Source: a virus. From it: 64,000 nt of DNA. This document shows, in pieces, positions 8,781-16,497 of this stretch. A program made the translations under genes and the position numbers. The stretch is from IMG/VR virus record IMGVR_UViG_3300045988_053091; one strand, written 5' to 3'. The first letter of the stretch is position 1. Each line of letters opens with the position of its first letter. The notes beneath the pieces were generated by a model. That model worked only from the letters and a program-made list of their open reading frames with translations. It was not told the origin of the DNA and did no database searches.

Positions 8781-9839
8781 CTCACCCAACGTATAGTTAT
8801 AGAACGCTTGTTTCGATAGTGATGTTAGCTCTTTTGTTTTTAATTGGTCAGCAGATACCCAAACAGCGTTCATTTGAGAAATCATGTATCCTCTAATACC
8901 TAAACCATTTTTAGTACGGTCTGGATATTTAGGAACCCATATACCATTGTACCAACGGTCTAATGGTTCTCCACATTTTTGACAAACGAATTGGAAGGAG
9001 CCATCCACAACTGTTTTGGCAATTGGGTCTACCCCTTTAGGGTTTACACAAAGGATGTTCCCTCTACGTTCCACTGGTGCCTCTGGTACATAGTCTTCAT
9101 AGTTCATTTGGTTATAATGATTACACTTATCACATTTGTGTAGATACCAGTATTGGTCAGACTGTTCAAACAAAGCATGGATACCTACATCAGGAGCTGA
9201 TGGAGTAGACCAACGAGTAACAATCTTATATGGAGAAGATGACATAGATTCCAATGCAGAAGCTTCGGCTAATGCAGGAACACGGTCATACTCGTCCATA
9301 GATAGATAGTCAATATCGACCCCTTCTACAGCTCCCGGTTTAGAACTTGAACGGAAGTATAGAAAACTATTACGAATCTTCTTAGCCTTTAATGAGTCTA
9401 CTTCTGGGTCAATAATCGTACTGTAGTAACCACGTTGTAATACTGGGTCAAGACGTGTTTGTACAAATTTAGTCATTTGTTCGTTTGTTGGGAAGGTATA
9501 CAAACACTTAACTGCATCGTAACTATGTGTATCTGCAAAGTGTAGCATGGTTCCTACACCCATTTCTGAAAGCCCCAATTGCCGTGATTTAATAACTGCC
9601 TTTGTTCGATGTTGGTCATTAATAATTTTTACTTGCCAAGGTCTATGCGCTTGGGCTTTTTGTTGGTCACGTCCGGAAATCATAAATGTAATCGGATGAT
9701 TACGAACGGAGTGGTTTCTTAGTAAGTATGTGGACGGAGTTAACATGTCTGTGATGTAGGCAAGCTGTGCAGTTGTTATTTTGTCCGTCCCATACATTTC
9801 TTTTGCCATTTTAGCAATATGTTGTGCTTTATTTGTCAT
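8781..9839 (-). CDS. terL: terminase large subunit, exon 1 (ATPase domain)
   Basis: KSRQLGLSE (Walker A-like), DIDYLSMDEYD (Walker B), ends ..FYNYTLGE then stop. Start ATG shares a base with the upstream stop (TAATG). Confidence 0.85.
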
Positions 9840-10267
9840 TAAAATGTTGCTTCGTTTTCTTTGTTCATTTGGATTTCCTTATCCAATAGCATCTTATCAA
9901 TTTCTTCATCTGATAATTTAGCTAATTCTTCCAACGAAACAACTTCCTCCTCCTCTCCGTCTATGGTAGCCTTTTCAGTGCTTACCTTGTCTGCAATAAT
10001 ATCCTTTTGCGTAGCACTAAGAGCAGGTAACTGACCAGTTCCCTCCTGCATTCCTGCATTGATATTATTAATCTGCATGTAGATTTGGAATAGACGGGTT
10101 AAATCCCCAACGTCATCTATGTCTATTGAACCTGCCATAACTTTAGCCATGAACTGGTTAATTAACGTAAGAGAAGCGTTATTAAATGTGTCACGTAGTC
10201 GTTGTTCGGATGTACGTTCCATTTTCTTTTGTTCAGCATTTTCTTTAATACGGTCTGCCATACTCAT
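9839..10267 (-). CDS. acidic coiled-coil protein translationally coupled to terL (small-terminase candidate by position only)
   Basis: Start moved to ATG 10267 behind a GGGGGAGG RBS; its stop overlaps the terL start. Confidence 0.5.
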   Translation of the reverse strand: MSMADRIKENAEQKKMERTSEQRLRDTFNNASLTLINQFMAKVMAGSIDIDDVGDLTRLFQIYMQINNINAGMQEGTGQLPALSATQKDIIADKVSTEKATIDGEEEEVVSLEELAKLSDEEIDKMLLDKEIQMNKENEATF

Positions 10268-10271
10268 GTGG

Positions 10272-10550
10272 CTATTCCTCCCCCTTTTTACTTGTATACG
10301 CATAGCAAGACCGTATGTCTTCGCACATGTTCAATCGTACTAAATCTGACATCTTACAGCTTACATGTGCTGTAGTAACTATTGCAGAACCATTAGTAAG
10401 AACAAGTCTAGACAACGGTCTTCCACATACTGCACACATCCGTGTAGCACTTGCTATGCGTTTATCCCCTTTTCGTATATTTGTCGTCTTTTGAGCTTTG
10501 CTAAAAATATACTGCCTTTTTTGCTTTATTTCTTCTCTTGTAAGGGACAT
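10272..10550 (-). CDS. hypothetical Cys-rich protein
   Basis: ORF track; start moved to ATG 10550 behind a GGGGTGGAGG RBS. Confidence 0.5.
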   Translation of the reverse strand: MSLTREEIKQKRQYIFSKAQKTTNIRKGDKRIASATRMCAVCGRPLSRLVLTNGSAIVTTAHVSCKMSDLVRLNMCEDIRSCYAYTSKKGEE

Positions 10551-10569
10551 ATCCTCCACCCCTTATTAA

Positions 10570-10839
10570 TTATTTTTTGATTAACGCTTTTATCTCTTTT
10601 AAATCACGCAGTGCTTCATGAAGCTGTTGCTGTAGATTATCTTTCTTTTTCCTCTGCTCATAAGAATCAAAGATAATACTAGCTATCCAAGCCCACAAAG
10701 AACCCCCTACAAGCATTGTTGCTGTAAAGTGTTGTTCTAAGCCTAGCATATCTGCAATCAGCTTACTTGCACAAATCATGATGATAACAAAGATGGTGAT
10801 AAAAATTGATTTGTATAATAATTTTTTCCGTACCTTCAC
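10570..10839 (-). CDS. small membrane protein
   Basis: ORF track 89 aa with two hydrophobic segments. Confidence 0.55.
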   Translation of the reverse strand: MKVRKKLLYKSIFITIFVIIMICASKLIADMLGLEQHFTATMLVGGSLWAWIASIIFDSYEQRKKKDNLQQQLHEALRDLKEIKALIKK

Positions 10840-10957
10840 TTTTTCTCACTCTTCCGTTTATATTTTTTAGCCTACATATTTAATCTAGCACACCTGATTA
10901 TAAAGGCTTTGGTGTACTATATTAAAGATAGCTCTAGGAAAGAAGAGAGGCGATAGA

Positions 10958-11215
10958 ATGTACCGACTAGCATTTATTGCTATGTTATTACTACAGTTGT
11001 TCGTTTACTCAGCATCCTACTATGTCACCCGAGCTATACAGTACAAAAAACTGCAAGCAGATTTAAGTCCTTTGGCATCGTATAAGTATCTTTTGATATT
11101 ATACGGACTTAGTGTTGGTAGCGTGGTTATGCTCTTCATTGGGCTGTATACTCCAATTATTTACCTTGTCGGATGTATTCTGGGCATAGGCGGTTACATG
11201 TGGTTTTCTAACTGA
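10958..11215 (+). CDS. small multi-TM membrane protein (holin candidate)
   Basis: 85 aa, about three hydrophobic helices, directly upstream of an XhlA-like gene. Confidence 0.45.
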   Translation: MYRLAFIAMLLLQLFVYSASYYVTRAIQYKKLQADLSPLASYKYLLILYGLSVGSVVMLFIGLYTPIIYLVGCILGIGGYMWFSN

Positions 11216-11254
11216 CCGGGAGATTGAGCTATACAACCGAGAGGGGGAGCACAA

Positions 11255-11602
11255 ATGAACGATTACCAAGTAGGTGACCTAGTATTAAGACTGCAACGAT
11301 TGGAAGACAAGCTCCAACATGGAGAACTAACTGAGAAGGGCATTAAACAGGACAACACAGAACTGAATAATGCAGTTAGTGAATTGAAGGACATCGTTAA
11401 CAGTCTTGATAAAAGGTTAGCTGTTCATGAAGAGAAATATTCACATCTTACGTACCAGATTACAAAACTGGAAGAAACCATTGATGCTCTCGAAGGTGTA
11501 AACGACAAAGAGTTTGACCATAAAAGGGACATCGTGGAAAACATCTTCATGATTGTTCTCGGTGCGGTTGTGACTTACGTGTTCAGCATTTTTAAACCAT
11601 AG
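11255..11602 (+). CDS. XhlA-like coiled-coil protein with C-terminal TM
   Basis: N-terminal heptad-rich region (LRLQRLEDKL..LDKRLAVHEEK) and C-terminal TM IFMIVLGAVVTYVFSIF, the architecture of haemolysin XhlA family lysis accessory proteins. Confidence 0.45.
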   Translation: MNDYQVGDLVLRLQRLEDKLQHGELTEKGIKQDNTELNNAVSELKDIVNSLDKRLAVHEEKYSHLTYQITKLEETIDALEGVNDKEFDHKRDIVENIFMIVLGAVVTYVFSIFKP

Positions 11603-11656
11603 AATATGTTATACTTATACTGTAATTATAGCATATTCTGAAAGGAGAAATTATAA

Positions 11657-11995
11657 GTGAACTATCCAACACACGAAAAGGTCGCAGAAATTACAGTAGG
11701 TACTGACAAGGTTTACCTATTTCCACGCTATATGGGCGGAACTGTAGTTGATGCACTAACACAAGCTAATGGCTCTGTCAGAGGTAAAGAATTAACTTTC
11801 TTGCCTGTTCATACAGGTACTGATAGAACAACAGGTATTCGATATTTAAATCTACGTCAAGCTACTTTTATTGACTACAAGATGGTAGAGGTACCTACTA
11901 CAATTACTGACTTGTATTTAGCTCCTGAAGATGAAACTGAGGAAGCTAAAGAAGCTAGAGAATATACAATCAAGGAATACTTTGAAACACGGTAA
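11657..11995 (+). CDS. hypothetical protein
   Basis: ORF track 112 aa; GTG start behind an AAGGAG RBS. Confidence 0.6.
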   Translation: MNYPTHEKVAEITVGTDKVYLFPRYMGGTVVDALTQANGSVRGKELTFLPVHTGTDRTTGIRYLNLRQATFIDYKMVEVPTTITDLYLAPEDETEEAKEAREYTIKEYFETR

Positions 11996-12041
11996 GAGGG
12001 CATTTTGCTCTCTTTCTTTTTATCTAAAAGTGAATTGTCAG

Positions 12042-12179
12042 AAAAATGTCCTATTTTAATTTTTTGCAAGTCTTATATATATTAATAATATATAGTCTAA
12101 TATTTATATAATTTAGATATATAGATTTAATATATAGTATTAAGTATATAAGGAGGTCAAAAATTTAAAATAGGACATT
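12042..12179. repeat. AT-rich element E2, homologue of E1 with terminal inverted repeats
   Basis: Arms 12042-12065 and 12159-12179 (AATGTCCTATTTTAA / TTAAAATAGGACATT). The interior shares TAGATATAT..ATATAGTATTAA.TATATAAGGA with E1. Confidence 0.8.
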
Positions 12180-12382
12180 AATTTGAATATTCTGATAATT
12201 TAACTATTTATAATCTTTTTTGAACTTTTTTGCATTTAGTTGTTGTCAGGATGATAAAAATGTTGTATACTTTAGTTAGTGATTGACATACCTCAATTAC
12301 TTCCTCTTTCTTTAAGTCTTTAACTATTGAGTAAGTTGCTGAATCAGTAGTTAAGAAAAAAGTTGTTAAGTTTGTAAAAAAG

Positions 12383-12413
12383 TTGCTAGTTCTATCAGCT
12401 TCTGTGTTATAAT
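12383..12413 (+). promoter_or_regulatory. promoter for tRNA-Asn unit (extended -10)
   Basis: TTGCTA ... TGTTATAAT. Confidence 0.5.
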
Positions 12414-12430
12414 GTTGATAGAACTAAAAT

Positions 12431-12501
12431 TCACCTATGATGAAACGGTATCATGACTGGCTGTTAACCAGTTCTTGTAGGTTCAAGTCCTGCTAGGTGA
12501 G
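12431..12501 (+). tRNA. tRNA-Asn (GTT)
   Basis: Hand-folded cloverleaf: acceptor TCACCTA/TAGGTGA, anticodon arm ACTGG-CTGTTAA-CCAGT, T-loop TTCAAGT. Confidence 0.85.
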
Positions 12502-12592
12502 TTGCTAGTCAAGATTACTTGGTTAGCAGATTCGTGTTTGTTAATAGCATGATAACCTCCCTCTTCCCCAAATTTAGGGAGGTTCCACCTTT

Positions 12593-12664
12593 TGTCAGGT
12601 CGTCTAACAGGTAGGACATAACTCTTTGGAAGTTACGATACAGGTTCGAACCCTGTCCTGACAG
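12593..12664 (+). tRNA. tRNA-Gln (TTG)
   Basis: Acceptor TGTCAGG/CCTGACA, D-stem GTCT/GGAC, anticodon arm TAACT-CTTTGGA-AGTTA, T-arm ACAGG-TTCGAAC-CCTGT. Confidence 0.9.
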
Positions 12665-12737
12665 TTGTACAGTTACGGCTGTACAAACTATGTTTCTATG
12701 TTATAATGGTTGTAGGCTTTTAGAGACATCTCTCTTA

Positions 12738-12773
12738 CCCCTGTTTAATTACAGGGGTTCCCTTTTTGTTTTT
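12738..12773 (+). terminator. intrinsic terminator
   Basis: CCCCTGT/ACAGGGG stem followed by TTCCCTTTTTGTTTTT. Confidence 0.7.
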
Positions 12774-12799
12774 GGAAGGTTACTCAAATGGTTAAGGAG
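12774..12799 (+). pseudogene. 5' fragment (acceptor strand plus D-arm) of a tRNA-Ser gene
   Basis: GGAAGGTTACTCAAATGGTTAAGGAG is near-identical to the first 26 nt of tRNA-Ser(GGA) at 20144. There is no anticodon arm, T-arm or 3' strand after it. Confidence 0.6.
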
Positions 12800-12807
12800 T
12801 GTTTAAC

Positions 12808-13386
12808 TTGGTATCAGCCAAAGATATTGCAAACAATGACAACATCAGAATGCAATTACAGGAGTTGTTAAACTCGAATTTGTCAAAAGTATCAATAGCT
12901 AGAGAACTAGGTTGTACTCCGAAAACTTTAAATAAAGCTTTAAAAGATATGGGTATTAACTACAACTTTTATAAAGCTGTATCCGGTAATAATGGAAAAT
13001 CTAAAATATGTAAAGTGTGTAAAAAGACTAAACCCTTATCTGATTATTACATGTCGGGTTCCGGTAGACAGCTTAATACATGTAAACCTTGTGTTCGTGC
13101 TGAGGAAAAGCTAAAATATGCTAGTAAGCTTAGGTCTTTTAACGATTATAAATCAAGTATCGGATGTCAAAAATGTGGAGACACTAGACATTACGTTTTA
13201 GACTTTCATCATAAAGACCCTAATGAGAAGGAGTTTACTTTAGCTGATAAAGCAAGGGCTTCATTTCTTAATGATGAAGTGCAAAACGAAATCAAGAAAT
13301 GCGTTTTGCTGTGCTCAAACTGTCACAGAGAATTTCATTATTTAGAGAGAACATCAGGTATAACTATTACAGAATATCTTTCATAA
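12808..13386 (+). CDS. HNH homing endonuclease with N-terminal HTH
   Basis: LDFHHKDPNEK...CVLLCSNCHREFHY HNH motif plus two CxxC pairs. TTG 12808 lies 8 nt after AAGGAG (the track start GTG 12799 overlaps that RBS). Confidence 0.8.
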   Translation: MVSAKDIANNDNIRMQLQELLNSNLSKVSIARELGCTPKTLNKALKDMGINYNFYKAVSGNNGKSKICKVCKKTKPLSDYYMSGSGRQLNTCKPCVRAEEKLKYASKLRSFNDYKSSIGCQKCGDTRHYVLDFHHKDPNEKEFTLADKARASFLNDEVQNEIKKCVLLCSNCHREFHYLERTSGITITEYLS

Positions 13387-13414
13387 AAAAATCAAAAAAA
13401 CTTACAAAAAGGTG

Positions 13415-13443
13415 TTTACAACTTTGTAATGTTATGCTATATT
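13415..13443 (+). promoter_or_regulatory. promoter of the large non-coding RNA locus
   Basis: TTTACA, 17-nt spacer, TGCTATATT. The 16-mer GTTATGCTATATTAGT is identical to 21161-21176. Confidence 0.65.
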
Positions 13444-14025
13444 AGTATTACACCACAAGTTAGTGGTTAAAAATTGAAAACTTAATAGATTTTGAACCTA
13501 GTGCAGAAAGTTTGAACAGCTTGCTAGGATAACGTGGCGTGAATCTGGATGTAACCGAAGGTGCGATAGTGCTTTGGGTTGCAGGTAGGTCTTATGGTGA
13601 CATAGGAGTAACTATTAGTAAAAGCTAATATCAGTTAAGCGTTATGTGGAGTATACATGGATTGTAAGGTACAAGACTCTTGGGGGATACAATAGACGTT
13701 CCTGTGGAAAAGAATCCAAGTTAGGTGGAAGTGTGAGAAGCTTGGCAGACCTTGGAAAACTCAAAAGACTCCCTTTGACGAGAACTGTAGAAATACAGGT
13801 TTAACAAGAGACCTTGGTACAAGTAGCTTAAGTCAGCTTTTGATGAAAATATTATAAAAGACATAAGGATATATGTTCATTAATACTTTTAATAGCTGAA
13901 TGTTTAGGTGAACGTTGTTAGCCACCGTGCTAGACCATACATTAAAGGCAGAGAGAAGCTATCGGGTAGCTCCCGATGGTTCAGCCTCTCTGAGTATGTG
14001 ACCGAATGCAGTGAGTGTATATGAA

Positions 14026-14068
14026 GCAGGAAGAAAAGCCCTTAATCTATTAAGTTTTGAGTTTTTAA
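14026..14068 (+). repeat. 43-nt direct repeat, copy A1
   Basis: GCAGGAAGAAAAGCCCTTAATCTATTAAGTTTTGAGTTTTTAA, identical to 14527-14569. Confidence 0.95.
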
Positions 14069-14428
14069 ACATGTCACTGTGGCGGAAGTAGAAAATGCTA
14101 TGGTAGTAAACCTGTTATGAGTAGTTTTTATCTATTAAGTTAACACTTTAATAGGCGTGAGTGGGGCAGTACCACTCCAGTGACTTAAAGAACCTACGGA
14201 AACAATCAATCTTATCGGATGCCGATTGGTTGGCTGAATTAAGCAGTGTGTCTGCGAATCAGTTAATAGGCATAAAATACTAGCACAGACGTGTGCCGCT
14301 CTCAGGTGTAGGTTAGGAGAGAAACATTAGCAACCGAGGGTTGGAAATGGGCGCTCAAAGTACACGAGCAAGGCGATGTCGGTAGTAATCGACGGAATCG
14401 GTGTAGGTTGCTTGATAGAGCTATAACT

Positions 14429-14455
14429 GCATCTCGTTTATGAGATGTGTTTTTT
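14429..14455 (+). terminator. intrinsic terminator
   Basis: GCATCTC/GAGATGT stem followed by GTTTTTT. Confidence 0.7.
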
Positions 14456-14497
14456 ACAGATTAAATCATTCTAAGAGTGGTCTTTTTATCTTACATA

Positions 14498-14526
14498 AAG
14501 GAAAGAATTTTCTCCTTATTATTTTT
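14498..14526 (+). terminator. second terminator-like hairpin
   Basis: AAGGA..TCCTT stem then ATTATTTTT; resembles the terminator at 15223. Confidence 0.45.
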
Positions 14527-14569
14527 GCAGGAAGAAAAGCCCTTAATCTATTAAGTTTTGAGTTTTTAA
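14527..14569 (+). repeat. 43-nt direct repeat, copy A2
   Basis: Identical to 14026-14068; lies 16 nt upstream of the next tRNA-like gene. Confidence 0.95.
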
Positions 14570-14585
14570 CCAAACTTGTATTACT

Positions 14586-14657
14586 GCGGAGATGCTGAAC
14601 GGTTTAGGCACTTGACTCATAACCAAGCTTTAGTGGGTTCGACTCCCACCTACCGCA
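14586..14657 (+). tRNA. tRNA-like, anticodon CAT (Met/Ile2 type), imperfect acceptor stem
   Basis: Good T-arm GTGGG-TTCGACT-CCCAC and loop CTCATAA, but the acceptor GCGGAGA/CTACCGC pairs at only 4 positions plus a wobble. Confidence 0.45.
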
Positions 14658-14784
14658 ATAGGAACCGCAGAGTGGTAAATTGGTATTCCACTCGTACAAT
14701 TTATTGTCTTGAACAATAATGTATAACCAAAAAAACTCACGTAGACGTACGAATCCCCTAGGTGGCGGTGGTTGGGGAAACATT

Positions 14785-14859
14785 GGGCTATTGGAGCAGT
14801 CAGGAGTGCTCGTCTCCCTGTCACGGAGAAGGTCATGGGTTCAAGTCCCATATAGCTCG
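14785..14859 (+). tRNA. tRNA-Asp (GTC)
   Basis: Acceptor GGGCTAT/ATAGCTC, D GAGC/GCTC, anticodon arm TCTCC-CTGTCAC-GGAGA, T ATGGG-TTCAAGT-CCCAT. Confidence 0.9.
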
Positions 14860-14864
14860 TTTAT

Positions 14865-14936
14865 GGCGCATTGGTCAAGCGGTCAAGACACCGGTCTTTC
14901 GAACCGGAATCGAGAGTTCGACTCTCTCATGCGCTA
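14865..14936 (+). tRNA. tRNA-Glu (TTC)
   Basis: GGTCAAGCGGTCAAGACA D-region typical of Glu, anticodon arm CCGGT-CTTTCGA-ACCGG, G1.U72. Confidence 0.85.
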
Positions 14937-15143
14937 TTATTCATTATTATTTTCTCTTTTATTTATTCTGTTTATATCTTAAAACTATCATTATTGGAAA
15001 GGAGGCATATGGACATGCCTAAGAAATTTATTACTCTCTCAGTCACATTTATTAAACAATTATGGCACTCAACACTAGTATCATATGCCTCCCTTTCTGG
15101 GACTATATGACTTACTAAGGTTTATTTCGTGGTATTATTACAC

Positions 15144-15216
15144 GGACTATTAGCTCAGTAGGTCAGAGCCGTCAGCTCATAACTGACAGGTTTGGGTTCG
15201 ATTCCCAAGTAGTCCA
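15144..15216 (+). tRNA. tRNA-Met (CAT), elongator or Ile2 type
   Basis: Acceptor GGACTAT/GTAGTCC, D GCTC/GAGC, anticodon arm GTCAG-CTCATAA-CTGAC. Confidence 0.9.
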
Positions 15217-15222
15217 TTTTTT

Positions 15223-15252
15223 TAGGGAGAAATATTTCTCCCTATTATTTTT
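15223..15252 (+). terminator. intrinsic terminator
   Basis: TAGGGAGAA/TTCTCCCTA stem then TTATTTTT. Confidence 0.75.
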
Positions 15253-15262
15253 ATAAAAAGTG

Positions 15263-15291
15263 TTGACTTTCGGTACAACACATGATACTAT
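15263..15291 (+). promoter_or_regulatory. sigma-A-type promoter
   Basis: GTGTTGACT, 17-nt spacer, TGATACTAT. Confidence 0.65.
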
Positions 15292-15301
15292 AAGTTTACA
15301 A

Positions 15302-15343
15302 GGTAAGCAGTAAGGGCTTGTAAGGTTCGAATCCTTAATTACC
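15302..15343 (+). other. tRNA minihelix-like element (acceptor-like stem plus T-arm, no anticodon arm)
   Basis: GGTAA...AAGG-TTCGAAT-CCTT..TTACC, immediately downstream of a promoter. Confidence 0.35.
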
Positions 15344-15428
15344 TCTTCCACTTTTAATAGTGGTATGTTTTAATCTCTCATTATCTTACATTTTTCGGAG
15401 GGTTGTTAGTCCCTCCCCTCCGAATCTT

Positions 15429-15500
15429 GCGCTGTTGGTGTAGTGGCTATCATTTCCGGCTCCAACCCGGAAGACGGGGGTTCGAATCCTTCACAGCGTG
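15429..15500 (+). tRNA. tRNA-Trp (CCA)
   Basis: Acceptor GCGCTGT/ACAGCGT (G1.U72), anticodon arm TCCGG-CTCCAAC-CCGGA, T GGGGG-TTCGAAT-CCTTC. Confidence 0.85.
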
Positions 15501-15740
15501 TATTCTTGGACAGCGGTGATAGTTATAGTGTACTATCCTTCACAGGAACGAATTACTGGTATGTAGCACTCTACTGGTAATTGTTGAAGAATGTGACGTG
15601 TTTACAAGAGTAAAGTCATCTAAGGCAGTGTTGCCGAGTCTAGGTTCTGATAGCGCAGGTGTAAAGCAGACTAGTGCCCTGTTTTCACTTATCAGTTTAT
15701 GTGAGTCCCGATGCAGATAAAAACCTAGAGGGATGCTAAT

Positions 15741-15813
15741 GCGGGAGTAGCCAAGTGGGTTAAGGCTAGGGATTGCAAACCCCTGAACGTGAGTTCGAAT
15801 CTCACCTTCTGCT
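15741..15813 (+). tRNA. tRNA-Cys (GCA)
   Basis: Acceptor GCGGGAG/CTTCTGC (two G.U), loop TTGCAAA, T GTGAG-TTCGAAT-CTCAC. Confidence 0.8.
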
Positions 15814-15934
15814 TATGACATAAATCTGACTTGTCATCAGATTTTTAGTACCTGTACTCATTTTTGGGTATCCACACTTCAAAGGCATAGGACTTATCTT
15901 AGTAACCACGTGGGGGATAAGTCCAAATTGACAC

Positions 15935-16008
15935 GGAGAGGTAGCTCAGTAGGTTAGAGCACTAGCCTGAAAAACTAGGGGTCGGTGGTTCAATTCCACC
16001 CCTCTCCA
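15935..16008 (+). tRNA. tRNA-Phe (GAA)
   Basis: Acceptor GGAGAGG/CCTCTCC, anticodon arm CTAGC-CTGAAAA-(A)CTAG, T GGTGG-TTCAATT-CCACC. Confidence 0.9.
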
Positions 16009-16025
16009 TTCTATTGAGGGGTTAC

Positions 16026-16097
16026 GCTGATTTAGTATAACGGCTATTACTCCGGCTTTGTAACCCGGGAATGGGAGTTCGATTCTCTCAATCAGCA
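16026..16097 (+). tRNA. tRNA-Thr (TGT)
   Basis: Acceptor GCTGATT/AATCAGC, loop TTTGTAA, T GGGAG-TTCGATT-CTCTC. Confidence 0.85.
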
Positions 16098-16202
16098 TTG
16101 TGAGCGGAAACTCACAAATTAATGTTTTGAATGATTGGCTAGTTATCTGGTTAGTTAGTGCGAACATTGCATACAATTATCTATATAGAATTTTATCAAT
16201 AA

Positions 16203-16277
16203 GCTAGTTTTGTGTCTAGTGGTCTATGTGAGCTTCATAACCTCATGGCGGTTCGATTCCGTAAGGCTTAACTAGCT
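16203..16277 (+). pseudogene. non-canonical tRNA-like element with CAT anticodon loop
   Basis: Acceptor GCTAGTT/AACTAGC and loop TTCATAA are fine. The D-stem is weak and 6 extra nt sit between the T-stem and the 3' acceptor strand. Confidence 0.35.
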
Positions 16278-16289
16278 ATTGGTAATCTT

Positions 16290-16363
16290 ATCTCCTTAGC
16301 TCAGTTGGTGGTAGCACCTGACTCTTAATCAGGGGGTCACAGGTTCGAATCCTGTAGGGGATA
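16290..16363 (+). tRNA. tRNA-Lys (CTT)
   Basis: Acceptor ATCTCCT/AGGGGAT, anticodon arm CCTGA-CTCTTAA-TCAGG, T ACAGG-TTCGAAT-CCTGT. Confidence 0.85.
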
Positions 16364-16365
16364 TT

Positions 16366-16439
16366 CTCGAAGAGTTGGTGTATGGCTTTGGTAACACGCC
16401 TCTTAGGAGGAGCAGGCAGTTCAAATCTGTCAGTCGAGA
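16366..16439 (+). pseudogene. tRNA-like element with aberrant anticodon arm (CCTC-TTAG-GAGG)
   Basis: Normal T-arm GGCAG-TTCAAAT-CTGTC and 5 acceptor pairs, but the anticodon region folds as a 4-bp stem with a tetraloop and reads TAGGAGGAG. Confidence 0.3.
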
Positions 16440-16497
16440 CCCTTAGTTTTTCTATTAGTAACGGTTTTTCGAGAGGGTTATCTTGAAAAACACAACT

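Larger units (their letters stand above)
13450..14455 (+). ncRNA. large structured non-coding RNA (about 1 kb; ROOL/GOLLD-class candidate, family unassigned)
   Basis: No ORF of 60 aa or more on either strand. Promoter upstream and terminator at the 3' end. Many GC-rich hairpins, some GNRA-capped. A 15-bp long-range helix pairs 13477-13491 with 14044-14058. Confidence 0.6.

Noticed and set aside
13561-13565. GTGCG near the start of the large RNA locus as a group II intron 5' end
   Set aside because: I could not find a domain V-like 34-nt hairpin with an AGC triad, an intron-encoded reverse transcriptase, or flanking exons of an interrupted gene.
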